Positions 8,669 through 18,724 of a stretch of 64,000 nt of DNA are shown here, piece by piece; within the stretch, counting starts at the first letter, position 1; each line of letters starts with the position of its first letter. This DNA comes from a virus. The stretch covers positions 1 through 64,000 of the IMG/VR virus record IMGVR_UViG_3300005471_000012; one strand, given 5' to 3'. The notes beneath the pieces were generated by a model. It ran no database searches. It saw only the letters and a program-made list of their open reading frames with translations, and was not told the DNA's origin. Both the position numbers and the translations under genes were made by a program.

Positions 8669-9030
8669 TGAGGTCAGCTTTGGACGCCGGGCTGCCGGGC
8701 ACCGACTGGAGATTCCCGCCGCCCAACCGGGAGTATGCCGACCGGATCCTGGCCCTGTACGTCGCCCGGCAGATGCTCCCCGCGCCGTCGATGCGGTTCC
8801 TGTCGTGGGGCGTGCCGGGCGACGTCAGGAAATACGCCGGGAAACTGTACGACTGGCTGCAGAAAAACCCGTTCGACGACACCGACGGGTACACCCGCCG
8901 CGCGCAGCTCGCCCTCGCCGCCGACATGGTGCCGTCACGGACGAACGCGGACCGGCTGCTGGCGATGGCGAAAGCCAACTACGACTACGTGATGGAACCC
9001 GTCCGCGCCGCCGAGCGAGCCGCCAGCTGA
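8668..9030 (+). CDS. hypothetical protein
   Basis: TGATG overlap; RBS GGAAAGGA; GC3 bias. Confidence 0.65.
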   Translation: MRSALDAGLPGTDWRFPPPNREYADRILALYVARQMLPAPSMRFLSWGVPGDVRKYAGKLYDWLQKNPFDDTDGYTRRAQLALAADMVPSRTNADRLLAMAKANYDYVMEPVRAAERAAS

Positions 9031-9115
9031 AGACGCCGTGCCCCGCTGCACCGCCAGGCCGGCGGCGGGGCACGGACCCAAAGCCAGCAGGCCCGGCGGG
9101 AGAAAGAAGGAAGCC

Positions 9116-9475
9116 ATGGATGCCAGGCCCGCGCCGTGCAAGTTCGATGACATCTGCCGCGCCTGCGGCAACCCCGGCACGAAAGACAACCCGGTGGTGC
9201 TCCGCGCCGACGGCGGCGGCGATGAGCCGGTGCCGATCCACCGGAGCCACCCGGCCGGCCGGTCACCGTTCCCCCGGAACTGGCAGGACTTCATGGACGG
9301 CAAGATCGGGCTGCACCAGCTGGAATGCGTGCTGTGCGGCCGGGCGCCCTGTGCTTGCCGGGTCTGCGAAACGCATCAGATGACCAGCTGCGGCTGCGCC
9401 GGAACTGGCCCTCCGCTTCCGCTGACCGCGATCCTCGATGCTGCGGCGAGGGTCCGCGGCAACCCCCGCGCCTAG
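9116..9475 (+). CDS. Cys-rich putative Zn-binding protein
   Basis: RBS AAGGAAG; CRAC, CVLC, CACRVC, SCGC. Confidence 0.6.
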   Translation: MDARPAPCKFDDICRACGNPGTKDNPVVLRADGGGDEPVPIHRSHPAGRSPFPRNWQDFMDGKIGLHQLECVLCGRAPCACRVCETHQMTSCGCAGTGPPLPLTAILDAAARVRGNPRA

Positions 9476-9521
9476 CCGGCGCGCGCCAGCTAGCCCAGCT
9501 ACGACCGGAGGAACCACGGCA

Positions 9522-9881
9522 ATGCCAGTCACGTCGCTCACCGCAGAAGAAACGATTAGCCTGATCCTCGGCCTGGACGACATCGTCCTGGCCGGCGGCC
9601 GGGCGGTCGCCGTGCACCGCCCCGGCGACGTCAAGGTTAACTGGGAAAGCATGCGGCGCTCCCTCGTGCCCCCGGCGGTCAGCGACCGGCTGCTGCAGGC
9701 ACGCGCGGTCATCTGTGCCGGCCTGTCCCGCGACGGCAACTTGCACCGGGCCCCGCAGCTGGTCATCACCGACTGCGGTGGCTACGCCATCGAACTGCAC
9801 GGCGGGACGCTCGGCGTCGTGCAGCCCGCCAAGAGCCCGGGCTCGCCGGCGGTCAGCCGCGCCGGCCGGGGCAGAGCATGA
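9522..9881 (+). CDS. hypothetical protein
   Basis: RBS GGAGG; coding-like codon usage. Confidence 0.6.
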   Translation: MPVTSLTAEETISLILGLDDIVLAGGRAVAVHRPGDVKVNWESMRRSLVPPAVSDRLLQARAVICAGLSRDGNLHRAPQLVITDCGGYAIELHGGTLGVVQPAKSPGSPAVSRAGRGRA

Positions 9882-10091
9882 GCGGCTACAGCCCGCACGC
9901 CCACGTCCAGCTGCTCTACGGCGGCCGGGTCAGGGAGCAGGCGTGGAAGTGCCCCGTCAAGCGCTGCGGGGAGACCTACTACGGCACGCGGCCCCCGGCC
10001 TGCCCGTTCCATCGCGGCACGCTGATGGTCCCGAAGCGGGGGCGGCGATGAAGCCCGCCCGAACCGCCGGGCAAAGAAGAAAGGCAATCTG

Positions 10092-10526
10092 ATGCGACTG
10101 TTCACGCGCAAACAGGAGCCGGCAGGCTGGTACCCCGCCAAGCCGACGTGCCACGCCGGCAAGCCCCCGGCGGTCTTGTATTTCCACCCGGGCATGCCCG
10201 CCGCCGTGATCTACGTGACCGTTGCCCCGGTCACCGACGACGCAGGGCAGCCCCGCGTGCAGGTCACGGCCGACTGGCAGATCCGCCGGCCGCCACGCTA
10301 CATTGCCGCCCGCCCGGAGTGGCGTCTCACTCACAGCGAACTGCTGTCACCACCCATTTACGAGTCGCCGGAGGAAGCCGCTCGCGTCGCTGCCGTGATC
10401 GTGAAGCGGCTTCTCCGGGGAGCGCCTCCCTCCGGCATCATGATCGAACTTGACAGGCGCTTCGTCACCCTGATCTGCAACTGGGATGGCCGGCCGTTCG
10501 AGATGGATGCGGAGGCCGGCCAGTGA
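10092..10526 (+). CDS. hypothetical protein
   Basis: RBS AGAAAGG; coding-like codon usage. Confidence 0.6.
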   Translation: MRLFTRKQEPAGWYPAKPTCHAGKPPAVLYFHPGMPAAVIYVTVAPVTDDAGQPRVQVTADWQIRRPPRYIAARPEWRLTHSELLSPPIYESPEEAARVAAVIVKRLLRGAPPSGIMIELDRRFVTLICNWDGRPFEMDAEAGQ

Positions 10527-10859
10527 GGCCGCCGCTGTCGGCAACAGGGTCGCAGCGCCGCCGTACCCCCCATCGTGCTGCACGACTGCGGCAGGGAAGT
10601 GCGGCTGAAGGCCGACGGCTGGGGTTACTGCACCGTCTGCCGTTGCGAGTTCGACGGGGCGGGTTGCTACGAGGTGCCCCGGCCGAAGGGTGCGGCCAGG
10701 CGGAGTGGGCGTGGGTGGCACCCCAGTGCCCGCTGCACCGCAGGCGGATGAAGCTAGCCGGGCAAGGCCAGGGGTAGCCAGGCCTTCCGCCTCCCCGTGC
10801 TCGAAGCCGCCGCATCGCCTCCCGCGGCGGCGGCTTCGTCATGCATACTGGTCCCGCTG

Positions 10860-10873
10860 GTTTCACGTGAAAC
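10860..10873. promoter_or_regulatory. parS: parS centromere-like site
   Basis: Perfect palindrome GTTTCACGTGAAAC, the chromosomal parS consensus of Streptomyces and Bacillus, just upstream of the 10919 gene. Confidence 0.85.
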
Positions 10874-10918
10874 AACGTGGCGGTACGTGGTAGCACATGA
10901 CCTGGGGGAGCACGGCCG

Positions 10919-11851
10919 ATGAAGCGCTATCAGCGATACTGGGTTCACTCCGACCCGGAAGCCCCGCCCGCCGGCGACACGAAACGCCGCTGCGCCCGAG
11001 GTGAGCGGTGCCTCGACGCGATACCAGGCGAGGCCGAGGGCACTCTCGCCGCCGGGTACGCCGAGCCGGGGCTGCCGTTCTGCCGCCGGGACGCCTCCGC
11101 GGTCGGCCGGGCGCTGGCCGGCGTCCCCGAACGGTACGTTCACCTGCGCACCGTCATCGGCGTCAAAGGCCAGTCCGGCGGCGACAAGGTCACCATGTCC
11201 CGGTCCGCCCCGCTGCCGGTCCGCCTTGACGTGGACGCCCTGATCCGCGACATGATCCTCATCTTGTGCTCCTGGGATGAGCGGATCGCCGACCTGGCGC
11301 AACTCACCCGGCCGTCCGCGCAGCTGTCCCGCTGCCGCCGCGACGAGACGGTCATCCCGGCCGCGGTGGCCGCGCTCGCCCCGCGAATGGACATGCTGTT
11401 GAAACTCCAGCCGGCGGCCATGTGGCGGGTGCTGCCGATCCGGTTCCGCCGCGGCCAGCCACCGGAAATCCCCGGCCTGGCCGGGCACGCGAACCCGGCC
11501 GGATATGCCCACCCGCACGCCGGCTACGCCGAGGTGAACATCGACCTGGACGGAGCGGCCGCCGGCCTGGAGCTCCTGCAACTGGAACGCCGCTGCAGGC
11601 GCACGCTCGGGCTCACCCTCCCGCCGCCCGTGACCCTGGACGGGATACCGTGCCGCCGTTGCGAGCACCTGGCGCTGGAGGCAGCCCCCGAGCCGCAGTA
11701 CAAGTCGGCGTGCGCCGACTGCGGCGACCTGCTCACCCCGGAGGAGTACCGGACGTGGACGCGCACGTACGAGGCGTGGGCCAGGGCTCAGGTCCTCGCC
11801 GGCGAACTGGAGCCGAGCGACCCGGCCGGATTCAGCAAGCTCGCCGCGTAG
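10919..11851 (+). CDS. phage protein with N- and C-terminal Zn-binding motifs, possible late-gene regulator
   Basis: C..G.RC...C, P+PVRLD, W...+, C-terminal CRRC...CADCG; followed by an HTH gene ahead of the virion genes, an arrangement common in actinophages. Confidence 0.6.
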   Translation: MKRYQRYWVHSDPEAPPAGDTKRRCARGERCLDAIPGEAEGTLAAGYAEPGLPFCRRDASAVGRALAGVPERYVHLRTVIGVKGQSGGDKVTMSRSAPLPVRLDVDALIRDMILILCSWDERIADLAQLTRPSAQLSRCRRDETVIPAAVAALAPRMDMLLKLQPAAMWRVLPIRFRRGQPPEIPGLAGHANPAGYAHPHAGYAEVNIDLDGAAAGLELLQLERRCRRTLGLTLPPPVTLDGIPCRRCEHLALEAAPEPQYKSACADCGDLLTPEEYRTWTRTYEAWARAQVLAGELEPSDPAGFSKLAA

Positions 11852-11980
11852 TCGGCTGGTGACTTGCGGTGGCCGATCACCGACGCGTAAACTCTTGAAC
11901 GGCCTTAAGATCACTGTGCCCTGGGACCGCCGCCGTGGCGCGGACCAGGGCATTCTGCATGCCCGGGGGGTGCGCGCCAG

Positions 11981-12226
11981 ATGCGGATCACCCGCGCGGA
12001 CGGGCTTATCGACGCCGAGCAGGCCGCCGCGATGTGCCGCGTCCGGCAGAAGACCATCCACCAGTGGGTGGCCCGCGGGCACCTGGCGAAAGCGGGCATC
12101 GGCGAGCGCACGGGCCGCAACGGCAGAACCTACAAGGTGAGCCTGTTCGACCCGGCCGCGGTACGTGCGGCCGAGCTGAAACTCCGCGGCCCGGCCCGGC
12201 GGATCATCCTGACTCGCGCCGCCTGA
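11981..12226 (+). CDS. MerR/excisionase-like HTH DNA-binding protein
   Basis: LIDAEQAAAMCRVRQKTIHQWVARGHL...LFDPAAV. Confidence 0.8.
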   Translation: MRITRADGLIDAEQAAAMCRVRQKTIHQWVARGHLAKAGIGERTGRNGRTYKVSLFDPAAVRAAELKLRGPARRIILTRAA

Positions 12227-12408
12227 TCGTCAGGCAAGGGGTATCTGACTTCCCGGCCGCGCGAGCCGTGTCAGGACGCGTATTTCCCGGAATTTCTTTT
12301 GGCCTCGCGCGCGCGCGCGAGTGGCGCCCGGCGCCTGCCCCGGGCGGAGGTGGCCGCAGGTTGCCTGCTCACCGTGCGCGCCCGGTCACCCGCGCCGTCG
12401 TCTCCCAT

Positions 12409-12612
12409 GTGATCGTCCGTGCCTGCCAGGGCTGCGGCCACCCCCGCGAGGCCGGCGCGCCGTGCGCTGGCTGCGGCCTGGCCGACCCGCCCGTAATGCA
12501 CGAGCTCGGCGTGCAGGCGGCCACCTACCGGAACCCGGTCAAGCGGCTGTGGTGGCACCTGATCGGCCAGCGCGCCGCCGCGCGCCGGGCACGCCGGGCC
12601 GCTCAGAGCTAA
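12409..12612 (+). CDS. small Zn-ribbon protein
   Basis: CQGCG...CAGCG; precedes the RBS of the next gene. Confidence 0.45.
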   Translation: MIVRACQGCGHPREAGAPCAGCGLADPPVMHELGVQAATYRNPVKRLWWHLIGQRAAARRARRAAQS

Positions 12613-12619
12613 GGAGCAT

Positions 12620-13279
12620 GTGGCCAACACCGTAATCGTGGTGCGCAAAGGCGACGACATCGTGGCTGCGCGGATGATCGGCACCAGCCCGGCGCAGGCA
12701 GAGCCGAAGCAGCTCGGCTGGGGAACCGGCGGCGTCGGCACAGGCGCTCCGTACACCGCGGCCAAAACCGACGTGGCGGCCTTCCGGGAAGCCGCCGAGG
12801 CGAGGGTCACGGGCACGTCCAGCCAGGTGACCACCACCTACGCGAATGACACCTACCAGGTCGTCGCGACGATTACCTCAGCGGGCGTGCAGACGATCGC
12901 CGAAGTGTTCCTGTCCGACTCGTCGGCCAAGCCGTTCAGCACGACGGTGGCCGGCGGGTCCGGGGTCATCGGGTCGAGCTCGAGCACGAACCTGGTCACC
13001 GCCGCGGCCTATACCCCGGCGAACGGCACCTATATCCAGGTGGACACCGAGGTCATGCAGGTCACGGCCGGGACCGGGACGACGACGCTGACCGTGGCCC
13101 GCGGGCAGAACGGCTCCGCGGCCATTTCCACGATCTCCGCCGCCGACGTGGTGACCCTCGGGAACCCGCCAGGCGTCTCCACCGCAAATGCGACATTGTT
13201 CGTACACGCGACGTTTTCGGGCCTTCCGCTCAATTCGGGCGATAGTCTCCAGAGTACGGTGCAGGTCTCCTTCAACTAG
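12620..13279 (+). CDS. virion structural / minor tail protein
   Basis: T/S/G-rich beta protein; GWGTG, DTYQVVATIT, FSGLPLNSGDSLQSTV motifs typical of phage tail-associated proteins. Confidence 0.65.
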   Translation: MANTVIVVRKGDDIVAARMIGTSPAQAEPKQLGWGTGGVGTGAPYTAAKTDVAAFREAAEARVTGTSSQVTTTYANDTYQVVATITSAGVQTIAEVFLSDSSAKPFSTTVAGGSGVIGSSSSTNLVTAAAYTPANGTYIQVDTEVMQVTAGTGTTTLTVARGQNGSAAISTISAADVVTLGNPPGVSTANATLFVHATFSGLPLNSGDSLQSTVQVSFN

Positions 13280-13293
13280 CCCGCATTCCCGCT

Positions 13294-13326
13294 AGCCCCC
13301 TGCCACGCCCCCGGCAGGGGGCTTTC
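13294..13326 (+). terminator. intrinsic terminator-like hairpin
   Basis: AGCCCCCTGCC-8 nt-GGCAGGGGGCT followed by TTC, just after a stop. Confidence 0.6.
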
Positions 13327-13355
13327 GCGCATCTGCCCCAGAAGGAGGAAAGCCC

Positions 13356-13889
13356 GTGCCTTACCAGAGCTGGCGGAGCGTGCTCAATGCGCCGGGTGTC
13401 GGCGCCGGCTCCGCGCTCGCGTCGTCCGCGACGCTGACCGACATTTCCCCGGCCCCTCAGCTGGTGTTCCCGGCTAACTACCTGTATGTCGGGCAGCGGC
13501 TGCGCCTCGTCGGCCACGGGATCTTCTCGACGACGGGCACCCCGACGCTGCTGATCGGCGGCTACTACGGCGGCGTCGCCGGGACGCTGCTCGCTGCGAT
13601 CACGGCCACGGCCACCGGCAACAACGCGGCGTCGTGGCCGTGGCGGATCGAATTGGACATCTACGTCCGGTCCACCGGATCCTCCGGCACCGTGTGGTGC
13701 AACGGGTGGGTGGACCTCGGCACCGCCCTGGCCACGGTGTCGCATGTGCCGGTCCCGAGCACGCAGACACAGCCGGTCACGGTCAACACGACCACCGCGA
13801 ACGCCCTGACCGTCGGCGCGCAGTGGGGCACGAGTTCCGCCTCGAACACGATCACCTGCGAAGACGCCTACGTCGAGGCGCTGAGCTAA
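13356..13889 (+). CDS. virion structural protein (beta-sandwich)
   Basis: RBS AGGAGG; T/S/G-rich all-beta character. Confidence 0.6.
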   Translation: MPYQSWRSVLNAPGVGAGSALASSATLTDISPAPQLVFPANYLYVGQRLRLVGHGIFSTTGTPTLLIGGYYGGVAGTLLAAITATATGNNAASWPWRIELDIYVRSTGSSGTVWCNGWVDLGTALATVSHVPVPSTQTQPVTVNTTTANALTVGAQWGTSSASNTITCEDAYVEALS

Positions 13890-13911
13890 CCCCCGCCCGG
13901 CAGGCGGCTAG

Positions 13912-16227
13912 ATGGCGCTCCTGACGAACAACGCCGAAGGCGGCACCAGCGGCACCACCGTCACCACCGCGAACTCAGGCGCCCCGTCCGGGAACGCCTG
14001 GGATACCGTCACCATCGGCACGACGGGGACGCTGGCATACGACAGCACGCATACCGCGCACGGCGGACTGTCCTACAAATTCCAGTTCGGCGGCACCGCC
14101 GCCGACGTGCTCGCGCAATGGGACACGACGCTCGGGTCCGGGATCGCCCAGCTGTGGTTCCGGGTCTACGCATATTTCACGGCAAACCCGGGTGTCGCCA
14201 CCCCGCTGTGGTCGTGTTCACCCGCGTCGGGGCTGTCGGCGCGGCTATTCGTCAACACGGCCGGAAAGCTGATCTTCAACAACTCGGCCGGGTCCACGAT
14301 CCTGACCAGCACGGCCACGGTGCCGCTGAACGCATTTTTCAGGGTTGAAGGATTCTGCGTCGGGTCGGCCACCGTGGGCCAGCTGGAATTCAAGCTGTTC
14401 ACGGCGATGGACTCGCTGGCGCCGGCCGAGACCCAGACGTCGTCGGCGGCGCAGAACACCAGCGGCACGATGGCGAAGGCCTCGTTCGGGAACTCCGGGA
14501 CGACTATCGCCAACGTCGGCCCGTTCTGGCTGGACGACGTAGGCGTATCGACCACGGGCTACCTCGGCCCGTCGGTGGCCCCGGCCGCCGCGTACGCGAC
14601 CTCGCTGCCGCCCGGGTTCCTGTCGCCCGCCGCGTGGCCGTTCATCCCGTCGGCATTCCCCGACGACGCGCCGCCGGTCACCCCGCAGCCGTACTACGTC
14701 GCGTCCGGCGCGGCCACGGGCACCGGGACCACGGTCACGATCGGCGTCCAGAACCCGACCGCCCGCGGCGACGCGATCGTGGTCGCCGCGACATCCTCCA
14801 ATGCAGGCGGCCTCCCGGTGTCCTGCACCGACAGCCAGGGCAACATCTACAGCCAGGTCGCCGCCCAGGCCGCGACCAAGGTTTCCGCGCTGTACGTCGC
14901 GCAGAACACGATCCCGCTGGGTACCTCGGACACGATCACGGCCACGTCGGCGTCGGCGAACACGACCAGGGCCGCGGTCGCGCTCGGCGTGCCCGCGACC
15001 GCGGTGGTCACGTCCCCGGGCGGGTCGTTCCTCACCTATGACCTGGCCAATGCGGCCGGCACCGGGGCACCGTTCGTGTCGGCGGCCACCCCCGCGGGGA
15101 AGGGCATCGCCGGGATACCGGAAATGGTGATCGCGGCGGCGGTCGACGGGACCGCGAATACCGGCGGCCCGCAATACGGGCAGGGCTGGACGGTTCCCCG
15201 CCCGTTCCAGGCCACCAGCGGCAGCGGCGACTACGTGACCGTGGCGTATAAGCCGCTGTCCCGGATCACCGCGGGGTCGACGGTGGTCGCCGTGACGCAG
15301 CCAACCAGCGGGAACATGGCCGTGCTGTACGTGACGCTGCGGCTTGAGGACCGTTTCGCGCCGTCCCGCTACCCGGACATGCCGCCGGGGAACCTGTCGC
15401 CGGGCGCGTGGCAGTTCCAGCCGCTGCCCCGCGGCGGCGCGGTCACCGGCACTGCGTCCCTTGCCTCGCAGGCGGTCGCGTCCGCGGCGGTCACCCGGCA
15501 GCCGCAGGCCACCGGGGCCGCCACGGTGACCACGACCGGGTCGGTGACCCGGCGGGCAGCAGTCACCCTGTCCGGCGCCGCGGCGGCGAGCGCCGTGCTG
15601 GCCCGCCAGCTAGCCCGGTCCCTGGCCGGTGCCGCGACGACGGCCGCTGGACTTGCCCGGCAGCCTGCCCGGACCGTAGCCGACGCGGTCACGGCCAGCG
15701 GGACGCTGGGGCTGCTCCCTGCCCGGGTACTCGCCGCCACTGTCGCAACGTCCGGGTTCCTGGGCCGCGCGCTGGCCGCCAGTTACACGGCGGCAGCCGC
15801 GGCGTCCGGTGCGGTGTCCCGGCAAACTGGGCGCGCTTTCACTGCCACGGTGACCGCCGGCGTCGCGCTGGCCCGCCAGTGCGGCAGGCCACTGGCCTCT
15901 GCGGTGGCCGCCGGCGGCGCGCTGGCACGTCAGGCAGCCGTCACGCTGGCCGCCGCGACGGCCACGGCCGGAACGCTTGCCCGGGCGGTCATGCGGCAGC
16001 TGAGCACCGCGGTCGCCGCGACGGCCACGGCCCTCATCGGCCGGGCATACCTGCGCGCCTTCGCAGCCGCCGTCGCGGCCGCCGCCGCGGCCGTCCTGCT
16101 GGCTCACCGGCCTGTCCGCGCGGCGGTCCGCGCAGCCGCGCCAGTGCTCTCGTGGGCTGCCCGCACCCCGCTGGTCCGGTGGATCACCGGGGCCCCGGGC
16201 GGCGACTGGGACAGCCCGGACGATTAG
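13912..16227 (+). CDS. tail fibre / receptor-binding-like protein
   Basis: N-terminal ConA/LamG-like beta domain, a TDSQGN.Y domain, two PPG.LSP.AW linkers and C-terminal ~19-aa Ala-rich repeats. Confidence 0.6.
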   Translation: MALLTNNAEGGTSGTTVTTANSGAPSGNAWDTVTIGTTGTLAYDSTHTAHGGLSYKFQFGGTAADVLAQWDTTLGSGIAQLWFRVYAYFTANPGVATPLWSCSPASGLSARLFVNTAGKLIFNNSAGSTILTSTATVPLNAFFRVEGFCVGSATVGQLEFKLFTAMDSLAPAETQTSSAAQNTSGTMAKASFGNSGTTIANVGPFWLDDVGVSTTGYLGPSVAPAAAYATSLPPGFLSPAAWPFIPSAFPDDAPPVTPQPYYVASGAATGTGTTVTIGVQNPTARGDAIVVAATSSNAGGLPVSCTDSQGNIYSQVAAQAATKVSALYVAQNTIPLGTSDTITATSASANTTRAAVALGVPATAVVTSPGGSFLTYDLANAAGTGAPFVSAATPAGKGIAGIPEMVIAAAVDGTANTGGPQYGQGWTVPRPFQATSGSGDYVTVAYKPLSRITAGSTVVAVTQPTSGNMAVLYVTLRLEDRFAPSRYPDMPPGNLSPGAWQFQPLPRGGAVTGTASLASQAVASAAVTRQPQATGAATVTTTGSVTRRAAVTLSGAAAASAVLARQLARSLAGAATTAAGLARQPARTVADAVTASGTLGLLPARVLAATVATSGFLGRALAASYTAAAAASGAVSRQTGRAFTATVTAGVALARQCGRPLASAVAAGGALARQAAVTLAAATATAGTLARAVMRQLSTAVAATATALIGRAYLRAFAAAVAAAAAAVLLAHRPVRAAVRAAAPVLSWAARTPLVRWITGAPGGDWDSPDD

Positions 16228-16241
16228 GGGGGCCGCCCGGC

Positions 16242-16565
16242 GTGGCAAGCATCGCCAAGTCCCGGCTGGACACAAGTTTCGTCCAGGTGCCGGTGCAGGC
16301 CATCGTCGACGGCAAGTCCTATGACCCGACCGCCGACGTGGTCAAGCTGGCGTTCATGGCCGGCTGGGCGCTGCCCGGCTCCGGCGACTGGCACGCCGGG
16401 CAGTGGAGCACGTCGGCGGCCGCCGGGATCTACCTGGCACAGTGCCTGGTCGGCCCGGGCACCGGGGGCCTGAACCTGGCCGCCGGAACTTACACCGTGT
16501 GGGTGCAGATCACCGACAACCCTGAGGTCCCGGTCATCAACGCCGGCACGCTCGCCGTCACCTGA
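16242..16565 (+). CDS. small tail-associated Ig-like protein
   Basis: CLVGPG..GL.LAAGTYTVWVQITDNPEVPV motif of actinophage virion proteins. Confidence 0.6.
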   Translation: MASIAKSRLDTSFVQVPVQAIVDGKSYDPTADVVKLAFMAGWALPGSGDWHAGQWSTSAAAGIYLAQCLVGPGTGGLNLAAGTYTVWVQITDNPEVPVINAGTLAVT

Positions 16566-16583
16566 CCGGGAAAGGGCCGCCGG

Positions 16584-17285
16584 ATGCCGCAGGTCGCCGT
16601 CAAGCTAGTCGACATCATGAGCTCGTCGCGCTGGGAGTTCCGCGACACCGGCCCGACATGGCAGCACCCGGTCTACGGCGGCGGCCGGGCGAAATGGGAT
16701 CCGTTCCCGTGCTACCGGCACGAGATGGACGCCGCGATAGCGGCAGCCGAGCATGTGGCCCGGGTGTGCCCGCCGCCCTGGCCGGTCACCATATACCTGG
16801 CCGACCTTGAGGAAACGTCCCGCACCAACGCCTACTCCTACCTGCACGAGACCGGGCACTACGAGGACGGCACGTGGGTTGACGACGAGCCGTCGGGGCT
16901 GATCATGCTGGCCGGGAAGAGAATCCCGCCGCACCCGGCGGTCACCGCCTACCTGATCGGCCACGAATACGGCCACCAGGCCGAATGGATGATCAACTTC
17001 GCGGCCGGGCGGGAACGCCTGCATTCCCCGCTGGCAGCCCGCGACTACATCAAGGTTCGCGGCCTGCCCGACGAGGCGGACCATCATGGCAGCGGCGGCG
17101 CGTGGCACGATTCCGTGCACGAGATCCTGGCCTGCGACTTCCGCATCCTGGCGTGCGGTCTCGAACCCGGCTACTGGCCCCATCCAGGCGTCCCGCGTCC
17201 CGAGGACATCCCGGGCCTGCCCGCCTGGTGGGAAGAAACCCTCGCCGCGATCGAAGCCGCGGGCACCCGGCCAGCCGCGGCCTGA
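16584..17285 (+). CDS. zincin-like metallopeptidase-fold protein
   Basis: IGHEYGH (HExxH) and downstream HEILA.DF. Confidence 0.65.
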   Translation: MPQVAVKLVDIMSSSRWEFRDTGPTWQHPVYGGGRAKWDPFPCYRHEMDAAIAAAEHVARVCPPPWPVTIYLADLEETSRTNAYSYLHETGHYEDGTWVDDEPSGLIMLAGKRIPPHPAVTAYLIGHEYGHQAEWMINFAAGRERLHSPLAARDYIKVRGLPDEADHHGSGGAWHDSVHEILACDFRILACGLEPGYWPHPGVPRPEDIPGLPAWWEETLAAIEAAGTRPAAA

Positions 17286-17320
17286 GGGCAGCGGCACGCC
17301 GGCCGGTACGCTACCTGCCC

Positions 17321-17629
17321 ATGGGTGCTCGCGGATGCAAGCACAAGCCAGCGCGGATCGTCACCCGTTACTCGGTGCTGGGCGACGTCGAGGTGACGGG
17401 ACCGGATTACCGGAACTGGTGGCGCACAGACGGCGTCTGCGAATACGGCAACTGCACCGAGCTCCTCTGCCCGGTCTGCGGATGCGGCCAGGGCGGCTGG
17501 GGCCCGATGGAATGCCCGTGCGAAGACTGGATCGGATATCACGACATGCGCCGTGAACCCGTGCCAGCGGCGGTCAAACCATCCGCTGCCCGCCCCGGGC
17601 GCCGCATTCACCGACGCCGCATCCGCTAA
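17321..17629 (+). CDS. Cys-rich hypothetical protein
   Basis: MGARGCKHK...CPVCGC...CPC; possible TACGCT -10 element upstream. Confidence 0.45.
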   Translation: MGARGCKHKPARIVTRYSVLGDVEVTGPDYRNWWRTDGVCEYGNCTELLCPVCGCGQGGWGPMECPCEDWIGYHDMRREPVPAAVKPSAARPGRRIHRRRIR

Positions 17630-17743
17630 GCCTATTCCCGGCGCATTACCGGACGTCCCGTTAAACGGGCGCGCCGCCTGCGGTTCCCCGGTGCTATTCT
17701 TCCCGCTGCACCATTCACGGGGAAACTTAGCGGGGGACTAGGA

Positions 17744-18478
17744 ATGCCACGGCTCAGCCAGGTTGTCGCCGCCGAAGCGGGCACGAAAACCCGCACATAC
17801 GCGGAACTGACCGAATATTACAAGAAGCTCCAGAAGCCGGCGCTCGTGTCCGGTATCAGCCGCACCTACCAGCCTATCGCCGAAGGCGGCGAGCCGCTGC
17901 CCGCCGAATCGACCCGCGTCCAGATCATCGCCGAGGATGTCATCCGCGCGATGGTCACGTCGATGACGAAACTGTTCGACGTGACCGCAACCAAGGACTG
18001 GGCGAACTGCCGTGCCAGGGCACCCGTCCTGGTTGACGGCGAAGTGCTGCTGGAAGGCGTGCCGGTCACCTACCTGCTGTTCCTCGCCAAGCAGCTCAGG
18101 GACCTGCGCGCCGTCATCGTCAAGCTGCCGGTGCACGACCCGGCCGACCGCTGGGAATACGACCCGTCGCAGCGGTGCTACCGCACCGAGCCCCCGGTGG
18201 TCACCTACCGGTCGAAGAAAGTGCCCCGCAACCACGTCAAAGCCGAGGCCACGGACAAGCATCCCGCGCAGGTCGACGTGTACTTCGAAGACGTCAACGT
18301 CGGCGCGTGGACTGCCGTCAAATTCACGGGCGGCATCCCGGCGCAGCGGCAGGCCGAACTGCTCGGCCGGGTGGACACGCTGATCGAGGCGGTCGGCGCG
18401 GCCCGCGAGGAAGCCAACGCGATGCAGGCCGAAGACGTGCACATCGGAACCGACATCCTCGGCTGGCTGTTCCGCTGA
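17744..18478 (+). CDS. conserved hypothetical protein (actinobacterial/phage family), candidate partner of the downstream structured RNA
   Basis: Motifs GISRTYQP, LFDVTATKDWANC.A.A, VPV.YLLFL.KQL, KKVPRNHVKAEATDKHPAQV, AREEAN; recognised as a widespread family of unknown function. Confidence 0.85.
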   Translation: MPRLSQVVAAEAGTKTRTYAELTEYYKKLQKPALVSGISRTYQPIAEGGEPLPAESTRVQIIAEDVIRAMVTSMTKLFDVTATKDWANCRARAPVLVDGEVLLEGVPVTYLLFLAKQLRDLRAVIVKLPVHDPADRWEYDPSQRCYRTEPPVVTYRSKKVPRNHVKAEATDKHPAQVDVYFEDVNVGAWTAVKFTGGIPAQRQAELLGRVDTLIEAVGAAREEANAMQAEDVHIGTDILGWLFR

Positions 18479-18504
18479 CCATCACCGCGGGTAAGGACAC
18501 GGGC

Positions 18505-18720
18505 ATGAACTTCGGTCACGCGCTGGTCGCGCTGCGAACTGGCAAACGGGTCAGCCGCGCCAACTGGAACGGCCCCGGCCAGTGGATCGCATTGCAAGTA
18601 CCCGACGCGGAATCGAAGATGACACTGCCCTACATCTACATCAAAACAGTGCAAGGTGACCTTGTGCCCTGGCTGGGCAGCCAGACGGACCTGCTGGCAG
18701 ACGACTGGGAAGTCCGCTAG
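18505..18720 (+). CDS. DUF2829 / Tad2-like immune-signal sponge protein
   Basis: MNFGHAL..L..GKRV.R..WNG...LPYIYIKT.QGDLVPW..SQTDLLADDW signature; RBS TAAGGA. Confidence 0.85.
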   Translation: MNFGHALVALRTGKRVSRANWNGPGQWIALQVPDAESKMTLPYIYIKTVQGDLVPWLGSQTDLLADDWEVR

Positions 18721-18724
18721 GATC

